Below, piece after piece: positions 21,268 to 31,319 of a stretch of DNA of 64,000 nucleotides; position 1 is the first letter of the stretch, and every line of letters begins with the position of its first letter. Source of the stretch: Spirochaetia bacterium. GTDB taxonomy: Bacteria; Spirochaetota; Spirochaetia; SP-2023. The translations under genes were made by a program, and so were the position numbers. The notes beneath the pieces were generated by a model. That model saw only the letters and a program-made list of their open reading frames with translations, made no database searches and had not been told where the DNA came from. The stretch is taken from NCBI GenBank assembly GCA_965225855.1, contig CBDDCK010000001.1, positions 201,995 to 265,994 of the forward strand. Reading direction: 5' to 3'.

Positions 21268-22722
21268 TTAACGTTTAAGGGTCAACAATTCTTGAAGCAG
21301 CTGATCAGAAGTTTGAATCGTACGGCTATTAGCCTGAAAACCTCGTTGAGTCGTAATCATATCTACAAATTCCTGGGCCAAATCCACATTACTCATTTCA
21401 AGGGTACCCGAAGAAATACCTCCTTTACCTGCTGTTAAAGCCTCTCCAACCCTAGCTTCACCTGAATTGACTGTTTGCATAAAATTATTATTGCCTACTT
21501 TTTCCAAACCGCCAGGATTGGTAAAAGTAGCCATTGCAACTTGTGCTAGAGTTTTACGGATACCATTATCGTAAATACCCGTGACCACACCCCGATTGTC
21601 AATTTCATACTGTGTTAGGTAGCCCAATTTATAACCATTTTGACGAACCGCCTTGGAAGACCCAGCTGCACTATCTTGAGTAAGAGAATCATTAAAATCA
21701 CCTACATCTCCAGCATCAATCTGCATTACCTGGCGCTGCGGTGCACCCGCTGCATCGAGATTAGAATCTTGCACATCGTATGCCAATTGCAAACTTAAAT
21801 TGAAACCCGTAACAGGCGCCCCATTGGCATCAACCGCACCCTCAACAATATTTCCCGCCGGATCGGTAATTTGCTGAATACCACCACTATTATCAAATTG
21901 AACAGTAAAAGTATTTCCAGCCCCTGCAGCAGGAGGCGCAACACCAATACCAATAGCAGTATTGCCACCATCGGTAACAATACCTTGAGCATCAGTCGTT
22001 GGATCGATATAAGATGTAACCGTCCAATTGTTTGGAATTGAATTTCCAGCACCATCGAGAGAACGCGTAAAATCCATTCGCAAAGAATGCTCGGAGCCAA
22101 AACCATCATAAATTGTTTTCGATACCGACCAAGTTCCTTGGGCTACTTGATCTGCTGTCGCATTCGGCGGAATAATCGGCAAATTTTTATCTAAATTACA
22201 AGCTAAATCAACTTTACCCGTTGCTTGTGGTTTCAGCTTACCATATAAAGGTATAGAAATGGATTCTGGGGTAGCAGAATTGTTGATCTCCTCCACATCG
22301 TCAGCAGTCCAACCCAGAACTCGCATACCCGAAGCAGGATTGACCAAAACCCCATCGGTATCCACACTAAAGGCACCATCACGACTATACATCAACTGGT
22401 CACCTTGTTGCAACATAAAAAAACCGTTGCCTTTAATGGCTAAGTCAGAAGAAAGCCCTGTACCTTCAAGGCTTCCTTGAGTATGGATTGTATCAATCGT
22501 GGCCACACTCATACCAATACCAATTTGTTTGGGATTGATACCACCAATATTTTCATTAGGACGAGAGGCCCCCCCTTGAGTCTGGTAGATAATATCTTGA
22601 AAATTCACCCGATTTCTTTTAAAGCCATGAGTATTGACATTAGCGATATTGTTACCGATCACATCCATTCGTTTTTGGTAATTTTGTAGGCCAGAAACAC
22701 CTGAGAATAAAGAACGCATCAT
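21268..22722 (-). CDS. flgE: Flagellar hook protein FlgE
   Basis: MMRSLFSGVSGL..GNNIANVNT N-terminus and LEMSNVDLAQEF..QRGFQANS C-terminus. Confidence 0.95.
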   Translation of the reverse strand: MMRSLFSGVSGLQNYQKRMDVIGNNIANVNTHGFKRNRVNFQDIIYQTQGGASRPNENIGGINPKQIGIGMSVATIDTIHTQGSLEGTGLSSDLAIKGNGFFMLQQGDQLMYSRDGAFSVDTDGVLVNPASGMRVLGWTADDVEEINNSATPESISIPLYGKLKPQATGKVDLACNLDKNLPIIPPNATADQVAQGTWSVSKTIYDGFGSEHSLRMDFTRSLDGAGNSIPNNWTVTSYIDPTTDAQGIVTDGGNTAIGIGVAPPAAGAGNTFTVQFDNSGGIQQITDPAGNIVEGAVDANGAPVTGFNLSLQLAYDVQDSNLDAAGAPQRQVMQIDAGDVGDFNDSLTQDSAAGSSKAVRQNGYKLGYLTQYEIDNRGVVTGIYDNGIRKTLAQVAMATFTNPGGLEKVGNNNFMQTVNSGEARVGEALTAGKGGISSGTLEMSNVDLAQEFVDMITTQRGFQANSRTIQTSDQLLQELLTLKR

Positions 22723-22927
22723 ACTGCAAGTAACCTCCTGTAACAACTTCTGTTACTTTGTTATTTCAATTTACCCATCTATATAGCAATTATTCAAAAC
22801 TATTAAGGCTAGTTTCGGCAATGGGGCTATTAGCTTTAACCTTTTAAAATAAACTAAAAAATAATTGAAAAAATACCAATTTGCTAAATGTTATCCTAAA
22901 TATGGAGATATTGATTATTATCTAAGC

Positions 22928-24055
22928 TTAAAGGTCTCGAAACTGCGCAAAATATCGAACCAGCATCTTAGCGCGATTCTCTTCAAAAGGAATTTCACGC
23001 CAAAAAAATCTTCGCAATTCAGAATTTAAACGTATCTGCCCATGTGATTCATCGAGAATCCATTGACAATATGCATCAACAAAAGCTTGCTGTTCATTCT
23101 CTCCCGGCAAACGATGCTTACGATACAAATCGTAAAAGCCACCTGTAAGACCTTTTTCTAGCCAATAATTTCCTGCTGACAATTTTGCAGTCTCCCAACG
23201 ATAGTTTGCTAACGCTATCAAAACAGAACGATGTGTATTAACCGAATATAAAGGAATCACAACACGCCCACGACTCGTTGTACGTTCCAATCGATCATAA
23301 GCTTTCCAGCAAGTACCAAAATTAGAATAAGAAGGCACTAAAACAACATAAGGTTCCAATCTAATTGTTTCTTTTAATAATTTCCGCACAAATACTTGTG
23401 GGTCTATATTTTTTACCAAGTTGATAATTTTCTGCACAGCTTCCCGAGACGAAATCTGCTGGCTTATTTTTCTACTCAAATCATCTTTGTGCAAAAACGG
23501 AGTGGCCATGCATTTTGAAGCCGAGCATAACTTTGCCATAATTTCTTTAAGAGATGTGGCTTCATTTATTAATTTCAGATTGCTATTATAACCCGTTTTT
23601 TTCGCTGTTGATTTGATTTGAGTATCTTTTTCTGAGATAATATTAATATTACCATTAGCAACATTATGAAACCATTCATCAATATAATAAATCAAACTGG
23701 GACGTTCTGTATGCAAAGCCACTTTGGCTAAAGTTTCACAATCTTCTACAGAAATAGAAGATATATTAAATAAACCGTAACGCATAAACAAACGAAGGTT
23801 ATTCAGCTCGGCTTCACGAATATAGGGAAGCAGAATTTTCAAAACATTCTGCCAATAAACATTGAACAACGTAAAACTTTGCTTCCGTCGCTCACTTTTG
23901 CGATGTAAGGGTATCTGCTGATATTTTTCCAAACTTGTTTTTAAAATTTGGAGTTTTCCCAACATCTTTTGAATATCATTATCATATTCTTCATTGAATA
24001 AACCATGTGCCTCTGCACTAAATAATTTATTTTCTAAAACTGTATGCAAAGCCAT
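22928..24055 (-). CDS. Hypothetical protein
   Basis: 375-aa ORF with globular composition; no confident family. Confidence 0.7.
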   Translation of the reverse strand: MALHTVLENKLFSAEAHGLFNEEYDNDIQKMLGKLQILKTSLEKYQQIPLHRKSERRKQSFTLFNVYWQNVLKILLPYIREAELNNLRLFMRYGLFNISSISVEDCETLAKVALHTERPSLIYYIDEWFHNVANGNINIISEKDTQIKSTAKKTGYNSNLKLINEATSLKEIMAKLCSASKCMATPFLHKDDLSRKISQQISSREAVQKIINLVKNIDPQVFVRKLLKETIRLEPYVVLVPSYSNFGTCWKAYDRLERTTSRGRVVIPLYSVNTHRSVLIALANYRWETAKLSAGNYWLEKGLTGGFYDLYRKHRLPGENEQQAFVDAYCQWILDESHGQIRLNSELRRFFWREIPFEENRAKMLVRYFAQFRDL

Positions 24056-24735
24056 AAAAAAATCATCATTTATTGTCTAAAAATAACTGAGGAAAACTAA
24101 AACAAAGTAAAAATATGCAGGCGATGGTAAATGCATAATTTCTAATTGTCTAGGTCTAATACTCTGAAAAAATAAATCAATGCTTAAAAAACAAACCAAC
24201 CAATGTAGCAATGGGAATTTTCGGCAAGGAGTATGAATAACAATAATGCAAAGCCCCAAAAGGCAAAAATGATCAATGGCGAAGAATCTTTCTGTGCTAG
24301 AGGTTTAGCAACAAAACTTTGTAACAAAAATTCTGTTGCGATATTCCAGATGCGGACAAAAGAATACTTAGAACTATGAGAAAATCTGAAGGCATGTTTT
24401 ACCTCTATACTATATTTTTGCCAATCTGCCCAAAATAATGCTCAATGCTAAATTGGCTTTAGCTAAATTATGGTGAAATTAGAAATTGTACGTAATAACT
24501 TTTTATATCGTCCAGTATTTTGATGGGCTTTTTTATAAACTTATAATCAAATTTTCCCAAAATTTTCCCAAGTTTAATGTTTCAAATTTAATCTTTATTG
24601 GCCAATCAATTTGCAGTATCAAAATACAATTTTAGCATTGACAATAATCATCATTATTGTATCTTTGCAGCTTGCAGTTTGAGCCTTTCCTTTATTTATG
24701 TAAGGTAAGATAGCGATCGCTACAGGAGAATGATA

Positions 24736-24966
24736 ATGGCAAGAGTTTGTGATATTTGTAATAAAGGAACTACTTTTGGTAATTCGGTCCCTCGGAAGGG
24801 CCTGCCTAAAAAAGAAGGTGGGGCAGGTCAGCATGTTGTCAAGCGTGTTCCTCGGAATTTTAAGCCCAATTTGTTAAAAATTAAAGGCATATATAAAGGA
24901 AAGATACAGCGTATGAAGATTTGCACCCGTTGTTTAAAAGCTGGTTTGGTTGAAAAAGTTATTTAA
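24736..24966 (+). CDS. rpmB: 50S ribosomal protein L28 (Cys-containing form)
   Basis: MARVCDICNK...GNSV...FKPNL...ICTRCLK; AGGAGA RBS. Confidence 0.93.
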   Translation: MARVCDICNKGTTFGNSVPRKGLPKKEGGAGQHVVKRVPRNFKPNLLKIKGIYKGKIQRMKICTRCLKAGLVEKVI

Positions 24967-25166
24967 CATTATTTAACAAAGGGGAGGCCAACCAAAAAGG
25001 ATTTTGACGCAGAATTTTTAACGCAGAATTTTTAACAATATGGGATATAAATTGTTGCGTCTTTTTTGGTTTTATCTAATTTCTATAGAAATTAGAATTA
25101 TTGAGTCTTGCCCAACACCTTTTTATATCGTCTCCATAGCAGATAAATAATTAAAAAGCAACAATA

Positions 25167-25247
25167 GCCCCACCCCCAACCAACACCCCAAAGCAACAAA
25201 CCCGATCAACATTGTATTGCCAAAATTGTTTGCTTGAAGAGCCCCGA
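25167..25247 (+). repeat. Short dispersed repeat with a C-rich end
   Basis: CCCACCCCCAACCAACACCCCAAAGCAACAAACCC..TGTAT.GCCAAAATTGTTTGC.TGAAGAGCCCC recurs inverted at ~61078-61153, partly at ~61607-61650. Confidence 0.85.
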
Positions 25248-25416
25248 CTAAATAGTTGATCCGGGACATGATAACTGAACGGGATAAGACGCGATAACTC
25301 GGGATTTTTTTGGGGACAAATGGAAGGTAAAAATTGACTTACTTTCCAATGAGTCATTGTCGGCAGTAATTGGGCAACAATATGCTTTCAAAATATCATG
25401 GTAACGGGCCACGGTC

Positions 25417-25463
25417 TCAAAAAGCTAGTAAGGTTTTGACTGAAAACCTTACTAGCTTTTTGA
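25417..25463. repeat. Perfect 21-bp inverted repeat with 5-nt loop (REP-like)
   Basis: TCAAAAAGCTAGTAAGGTTTT-GACTG-AAAACCTTACTAGCTTTTTGA. Confidence 0.9.
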
Positions 25464-25492
25464 TTGGCAACCTAGGGATTTTCCAACAAACC

Positions 25493-26217
25493 CAAACCAA
25501 CCAGCCCAAAGCAACAAACCGAAATAGCCATACAAACGCAATTGGGCAATTGGTTTGCCGATGAGAATCTACAAGTCATCGCCTGTCTTGCTACAATATA
25601 GCTTTCCACATTGGTATAAAGTATTGTTCCGCATTGGAGTAATGCCTTACTCCGCATTGGTGCAATATAACTTTCCCACTTCGATCAAGGCCTTGATCCG
25701 CATTGGAGTAAGGTATTGATCGAAGGCGGAGAGATGTATCATAGCAAGGCACTAAAAACCATAAAAATAAGCAGGCCATAGACTTGCTAAAACCCAACAA
25801 CATCGTAGAAAGCCAAAACTGGGACGACCTCAAATAGGGCCAGTATGCCGATGCTTTGACCTTAGCCCACAGCGTCAATGCTGGCATTTTAGACGACTTG
25901 CACAATATCTGGCTATATATTGCGGGCCGATGACCCCAACTGCGATATATTGATACCGCCCAATGGTTGGCATGGTTGGGTTGGCACGGTTGGCATGGTT
26001 GGCGTTGTGCTTGCTATCGCATAGCCTTAAGCCTTTTGATTGGCATGGATTTTGAACCACCTTACAACACTAACACACAAAAAAAGTGCCCAAACATAAA
26101 AAAACTTACAAAAAGCTTGTATAGGCCTTGACGCAACACCCCCCCTAGCAAAATGGGGATTTACAGACTAGCCCGTATGGGTTGGTTAATCTTTATCCAT
26201 TGTTGGAGGTATTGCTT
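25493..26217 (+). repeat. Conserved upstream element of the lipoprotein family, copy 2
   Basis: Near-identical to 5466-6195 with small indels. Confidence 0.9.
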
Positions 26218-28623
26218 ATGTATAAGCTCAAACTACTTTTATTGCCAGTAGCCTGGCTACTGGCCTTTATGGCCTTGGCCTGCGCCCCACCCGATGACGA
26301 TGATCGATCTTCTGGGCCGTCTAAGCCGACTATCAATAACGCCATCTACGACTTTGCTACGGCGCTGTTAACCGTACAAGGTACTGACTTAAGTCCTACA
26401 GAAGCCCAAATCCAAACCATCGTAGTAGATGGCGTAGCCTTAAGTTCCTATACTGCAGATGCCAAACCCACTGGGCCAGATAATAGCAATCTGGCAAAAG
26501 GTAAGTACCGTATGAAAAGCGATGGCACAGCGATTTGGCTTAGACTTACCGATCCACATAAAGCTGCTCTTCAGACCAAGGTGGGTATGAATACCAATGG
26601 TCTAAAAAAAGGGTTGCTTACTAGCTCTGGTGCTTGGGCGGGTTTAAATACAGCCAAAGACTTAACCGTTAGGAATGTACCCGATAAGCAGTCTAAAGTA
26701 TCCGATGACAATCAGCCATCTAAGCAAACTGAAGACGAACAAGCTGAACAAGTCGAACAAGCTGAAGAGCAGTCGCCTGAAGCTGCAATTACCCGTGCAA
26801 GCTACCATGTTGGCACGGCGCTGCTAACTGTACAAGGTTCTAACTTAAGTCCTACAACTGCGACCCAAGCCCAAATCCAAACCATCAAAGTATATGACCT
26901 AGTCTTAAATTCTTATACTGCAGATGGCACAGCCACTGGGGCAGATAGTAGCAGTCTTGCAAAAGGTAAGTACCGTATTAAAAGCGATGGCACAGCGCTT
27001 TGGCTTTACCTTACCGATCAACATAAAACTACTCTGAATGGCAAGGACGGTATGGATAGCAATGGTCTAAAAGATGGGTTGCTTACTAGCACTGGTAGTT
27101 GGGCGGGTTTAGATACAGCCAAAGCCTTAACCGTTAGTGGAAACCCCGCAATTACCGGTGCAAGCTACCATGTTGGCACGGCGCTGTTAACCTTGCAAGG
27201 TACTCTCTTAGCTAGTGCTACCCAAGCCCAAATCCAAACCATCACGGTAGATGGGGTAGCTTTAGATTCCTATACTGCCACAGCCACTGGGCCAGATAGT
27301 CGCGGTCTTGCAAAAGGTAAGTACCGTATTAAAAGCGATGGCACAGCGCTTTGGCTTTACCTTACCGATCGACATAAAACTACTCTGAATGGCAAGACAG
27401 GTATGGATAGCAATGGTCTAAAAGATGGGTTGCTTAGCGTTGGCACTGGTACTTGGGCGGGTTTAAATACAGCCAAAGCCTTGGCCGTTAGTGGAAACCC
27501 CGAAGCTGCAATTACCGGTGCAAGCTACGATGTTGGCACAGCTCTGCTAACCGTACGAGGTTCTAACTTAAATGCTACCAGTGCGACCCAAGCGCAAATC
27601 CAAACCATCGTGGTAGATGGCTTAGCCTTAAGTTCCTATATTGCAGATGAGGATGCCACTGGGCCAGATAGTCGCGGTCTTGCAAAAGGTAAGTACCGCC
27701 TGCATAGCGCTGGCACAGCGCTTTGGCTTTACCTTACCGATCAACATAAAGCTACTCTGAATGGCAAGACAGGTATGGATAGCAATGGTCTAAAAGATGG
27801 GTTGCTTAGCGTTGGCACTGGTACTTGGGCGGGTTTAAATACAGCCAAAGCCTTGGCCGTTAGTGGAAACCCCGCACCCGCAATTACCAGTGCAACCTAC
27901 AATTTTACTACAGGCGTGTTAGTGATTACAGGTGTCAATTTACCGTCAAGAGTGGATCGCTGGGACTTTAGCAAATTGAGGTTTGTCGCAGGTAATGGTC
28001 GTACTAAGAGTCAACCATTATTAGAGCACAACCCAACAGCTTATGATATAAACAGAGCCACAGGTTCTGCAGCAAGTGCAACAAGCTTAACGATTACTTT
28101 AAAGGGTACTGAACAAAGGAAAGCCGATAATATACTGGTTAAGAATGGTAAAAGAGATGCTGATGGTGCATACAACCTGGAAGCAGCAGCAGGATTTGCA
28201 GGTGGTAGGGCTGAAGACACAAGCAATAACCCGATTACCGTTAGTGGGTATGTAGTCAAAATCAACACCGTACGCTACTATGCTGATGATGGCGAGTTAA
28301 ATATTTCTGGTATTAATTTACCGACAACAGTTGCAGAGTGGGACTTTAGCAAATTGACGCTTGTATCCGGTGATGGTAAGAAGAAATACACATTACCCCG
28401 GCACGCAATAGGTGAAAACACAGCCACAGGTTCTGGTGCAACTAGAAACATCTTACAGATTACTTTAAGCGGTAGTGTAAAAGCGGAAGCCAATAAGATA
28501 CTGGTTAAGAATGGTGTTCGTGATGCTAATGGTGCATACAACCTTGAAGCAGCAGCAGGATTTGTAATTGGTGGTTCAGCAGACCCAACCACTGCTATTA
28601 AAGTTTTTGGTGTTGGTAAGTAA
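26218..28623 (+). CDS. Modular repeat surface lipoprotein, copy 2 (A x4, B x2)
   Basis: Same signal peptide and lipobox; four LAKGKYR and two WDFSKL domains. Confidence 0.9.
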   Translation: MYKLKLLLLPVAWLLAFMALACAPPDDDDRSSGPSKPTINNAIYDFATALLTVQGTDLSPTEAQIQTIVVDGVALSSYTADAKPTGPDNSNLAKGKYRMKSDGTAIWLRLTDPHKAALQTKVGMNTNGLKKGLLTSSGAWAGLNTAKDLTVRNVPDKQSKVSDDNQPSKQTEDEQAEQVEQAEEQSPEAAITRASYHVGTALLTVQGSNLSPTTATQAQIQTIKVYDLVLNSYTADGTATGADSSSLAKGKYRIKSDGTALWLYLTDQHKTTLNGKDGMDSNGLKDGLLTSTGSWAGLDTAKALTVSGNPAITGASYHVGTALLTLQGTLLASATQAQIQTITVDGVALDSYTATATGPDSRGLAKGKYRIKSDGTALWLYLTDRHKTTLNGKTGMDSNGLKDGLLSVGTGTWAGLNTAKALAVSGNPEAAITGASYDVGTALLTVRGSNLNATSATQAQIQTIVVDGLALSSYIADEDATGPDSRGLAKGKYRLHSAGTALWLYLTDQHKATLNGKTGMDSNGLKDGLLSVGTGTWAGLNTAKALAVSGNPAPAITSATYNFTTGVLVITGVNLPSRVDRWDFSKLRFVAGNGRTKSQPLLEHNPTAYDINRATGSAASATSLTITLKGTEQRKADNILVKNGKRDADGAYNLEAAAGFAGGRAEDTSNNPITVSGYVVKINTVRYYADDGELNISGINLPTTVAEWDFSKLTLVSGDGKKKYTLPRHAIGENTATGSGATRNILQITLSGSVKAEANKILVKNGVRDANGAYNLEAAAGFVIGGSADPTTAIKVFGVGK

Positions 28624-28800
28624 GTTTTGGTTGTTGCGGTAAGCAAGGCTTGGTTGGCTTTTTTGTTGGGCTATTAGGCTGTATCTTGTTGTTGCAACGC
28701 TTGGTTGGCCAAAAGCAGCCTTGGTAAGTTTTTTTATCAAGGCTGCTTTTGCCAATTACAGCCTTGGTATAAAGTATTGTTCCGCATTGGTGCAATACAT

Positions 28801-28840
28801 CTTTCCGCCTTGGATCAAGGCCTTGATCCAAGGCGGAAAG
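28801..28840. repeat. Perfect 40-bp palindrome
   Basis: CTTTCCGCCTTGGATCAAGG|CCTTGATCCAAGGCGGAAAG within a downstream copy of part of the upstream element. Confidence 0.9.
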
Positions 28841-29232
28841 CTATATCATAGCAAGGCTAGAAAAATTTATTAAGGCTGCTTTTGCCAATTATAGCCTTGG
28901 TAAGTAGAAAAAAATCGAGTTATCATGTCCGATGGCACAAAGTTATCACGTCCTGCATCAACTTTTAACAGTCAGTGACTATCTATAGTCATAGATAGCT
29001 ATAACCTTGATTAGATGTAGCTACTAACTTTAGTAATAGGTTCTGAATAGAGCTAGTCACAATTTATCATAATTTAATATGGCATACAGCCATACATAAA
29101 CAACCAACTTGCTTGCCGCCTAAGCGTATGCTATAAGAGCTAAAAATAGGCCTCAAAGCCAAAAAGCTTTTCAGCGAAACTGGGCCGTATGGATAGATGA
29201 ATAATTAAATGCAATATAGGGGAACGAACATC

Positions 29233-29958
29233 CTACCAAGAAATAGCTTGCATGCCATGCTGTTGCAAGTAGGCATTACAGCGCGAAAACGGGCGCGAAC
29301 CGAAAAAGCCCCTATGCGCAGAAAGGGGTGAAGGGTGGGTGCTAGCCAGCAGTAAATGCTGGCTTTTATCAATGCAAGCTGCCTTTTTTTGGGCATAAGA
29401 ACCCCACAGTAAAAACACCAAATGCCTCCCTCGTTGGGCCTGCATGTGTGCCAAGCGTAAGATCACTTGGTCGGTAAACTCTTCCCAGCCCTTGCCCGCA
29501 TGAGAGGCGGCTTTGCCGTCTTCCACCGTTAGCACACTGTTGAGCAATAAAACCCCCTGCTGGGCCCACCGCCATAATTGGCCATCGGCTACGCCACTGG
29601 CCATATTCTGCGCTGTTGGGCTGTCTGGTAAATCGCTAGCCAGCTCCTTGTATATATTGATTAGTGAAGGAGGAAGGGCCTTGCCTTGTGGGACCGCAAA
29701 GCATAAGCCACAGGCTTGGCCCTCGCCATGGTAAGGGTCTTGTCCTAGTATAATTACTTTGGTATCTTGGGGTGCAAAAGCCCCAAAAGCAGCCAATATA
29801 TCGCAACCTTTGGGGTAGATGATTTTGCCTTGTTGCTTTTGGCTGCGTAGGTATGCACTTAACTGCTGCATAGGTGCTTGGCTAAATAAATCACCCAGTA
29901 GCTCCAACCAAGCGGGGCTTAGCTGAACGGGCCTCGGTTTATTCATGGTATGGCTCAT
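29233..29958 (-). CDS. ung: Uracil-DNA glycosylase (family 1)
   Basis: GQDPYH, QGVLLLN, HPSPLSAHRGF motifs. Confidence 0.97.
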   Translation of the reverse strand: MSHTMNKPRPVQLSPAWLELLGDLFSQAPMQQLSAYLRSQKQQGKIIYPKGCDILAAFGAFAPQDTKVIILGQDPYHGEGQACGLCFAVPQGKALPPSLINIYKELASDLPDSPTAQNMASGVADGQLWRWAQQGVLLLNSVLTVEDGKAASHAGKGWEEFTDQVILRLAHMQAQRGRHLVFLLWGSYAQKKAACIDKSQHLLLASTHPSPLSAHRGFFGSRPFSRCNAYLQQHGMQAISW

Positions 29959-29964
29959 TGATAT

Positions 29965-31221
29965 TTAATTTTCCAATAGGGTAATTTCTACTCGGCGGTT
30001 GCGTTTACGCCCTTGTTCATTGCTGTTGGAGGCAATGGGTTCGGTGCCCCCTTTGCCACGTATCACAATTTGTTCACGGTTGCGTATCTGGTTATCAATA
30101 AAGTATTGCCCCACCGTTGCGGCCCTGTTTTCTGAAAGGGTCTGCTGTTGTTCTGCGCTGCCCCAATTGGCCGTATGGCCAGTAACTAAAATATCCCGAT
30201 TGGGGTATTTTTGCAGAATCTTACTAATCTGCTGTAGCTTGCGTTCTTCACCCGCTAACATGCGTTCACTATTGGGGTAAAAATTAATGGAATCAATCGA
30301 AATGGATATGCCTTTATCATTTTGTTGCAGCTCTGCAGCAATGCCCGCATCGCGCAAACCCTGCTCTAATTCCTGTTGTATATCCCTGCGTTTCATAGGT
30401 TCGGCCTCGATAATTTTCCCACGGGAACGCCCGCTAAAGGCTATCTCATCACCGCTTTGCAATAGGTAGGATATTTGGAAATCTTCCTTTTGGAATACAG
30501 GCAAGCCTCGCTCACTATCCCAATAGAGATCGATATTGTGTTCTGCTCGAACCGCCCGTGGTATATCCTGCTGCCGCCTAGAATACGGCGAATTAGTAAA
30601 TTGCGATAGCTGCTGACTGACATCTTTATTGATAAGATAAAACAAGGTGATATGCTTGAGCTTGCGACCCTGCAAAAATTTTTGACCTCTGTAGATATAG
30701 TCTACAATAAAGGCAAAATGCAATTCGGTTGGTATGCCAAAGACCAAGCTTAAATCCTGCACTTCACTGGCCGGTGCGCGCCAACCTTCACCTACGCGCA
30801 GCTCCCGATTGGGGAAGCTAGGCACATTGCGTAAACTAGGCAAAGTCATCCTTGGCCCTATATTTAAATACAGCCCTTGGGGGGACATTTCAAATTGGGA
30901 GCTGCGTTCTTCGGCGCGGCTAAAAAATGCCCCATTGCTTGCTTGTTCGGAAACTTGATAGTGGACATCCAAAAGGGCATTGGGACCCCTCATAGCCTTC
31001 ACCGACACCGCAATGCGGTTGAGTATTGTGGTGCGGTAAATTACCTTGCGATTGCGCAAAACTTGTTCATCTACTTGGGCCACAATATGGTATTTTTGGC
31101 CCGAATAGTGGTTGTATGCCAAACGGACAGAGCCTTGTTCTTGGGCCCATAAAGCTGAAGTTAAAGCCGTAAAGTAAAATATATAGTATCTAGCGGTAGT
31201 CAATATTTTTTGGAAAGTCAT
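29965..31221 (-). CDS. OmpA-family protein (C-terminal peptidoglycan-binding domain)
   Basis: Signal peptide; C-terminal VTGHT..LSENRA..GRKRNRRVEI; start uncertain. Confidence 0.88.
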   Translation of the reverse strand: MTFQKILTTARYYIFYFTALTSALWAQEQGSVRLAYNHYSGQKYHIVAQVDEQVLRNRKVIYRTTILNRIAVSVKAMRGPNALLDVHYQVSEQASNGAFFSRAEERSSQFEMSPQGLYLNIGPRMTLPSLRNVPSFPNRELRVGEGWRAPASEVQDLSLVFGIPTELHFAFIVDYIYRGQKFLQGRKLKHITLFYLINKDVSQQLSQFTNSPYSRRQQDIPRAVRAEHNIDLYWDSERGLPVFQKEDFQISYLLQSGDEIAFSGRSRGKIIEAEPMKRRDIQQELEQGLRDAGIAAELQQNDKGISISIDSINFYPNSERMLAGEERKLQQISKILQKYPNRDILVTGHTANWGSAEQQQTLSENRAATVGQYFIDNQIRNREQIVIRGKGGTEPIASNSNEQGRKRNRRVEITLLEN

Positions 31222-31319
31222 AAGCGGTGCCAGTATACTGTAGAGAAACATCGATACAACAGCAATCTGCCACGAAAAAGGAAGACGATCATAGCCCCTT
31301 TAGGTATACTGGCCGACTA

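Larger units (their letters stand above)
25257..28960 (+). mobile_element. Putative non-autonomous transposon carrying lipoprotein copy 2
   Basis: 45-bp imperfect terminal inverted repeats at 25257-25301 and 28916-28960 (TGA...TCA; 17/20 terminal and 32/45 overall matches by hand), each with two GGACRTGATAACT-like motifs; no transposase; no clear target duplication. Confidence 0.55.

Noticed and set aside
25003..25037. Short 10-21-bp tandem micro-duplications in several intergenic regions (also ~45116, ~60976)
   Set aside because: Unrelated sequences, best explained by ordinary replication slippage
25300..25415. Transposase remnant inside the cassette left end
   Set aside because: Hand translation gave no recognisable DDE or HUH motif
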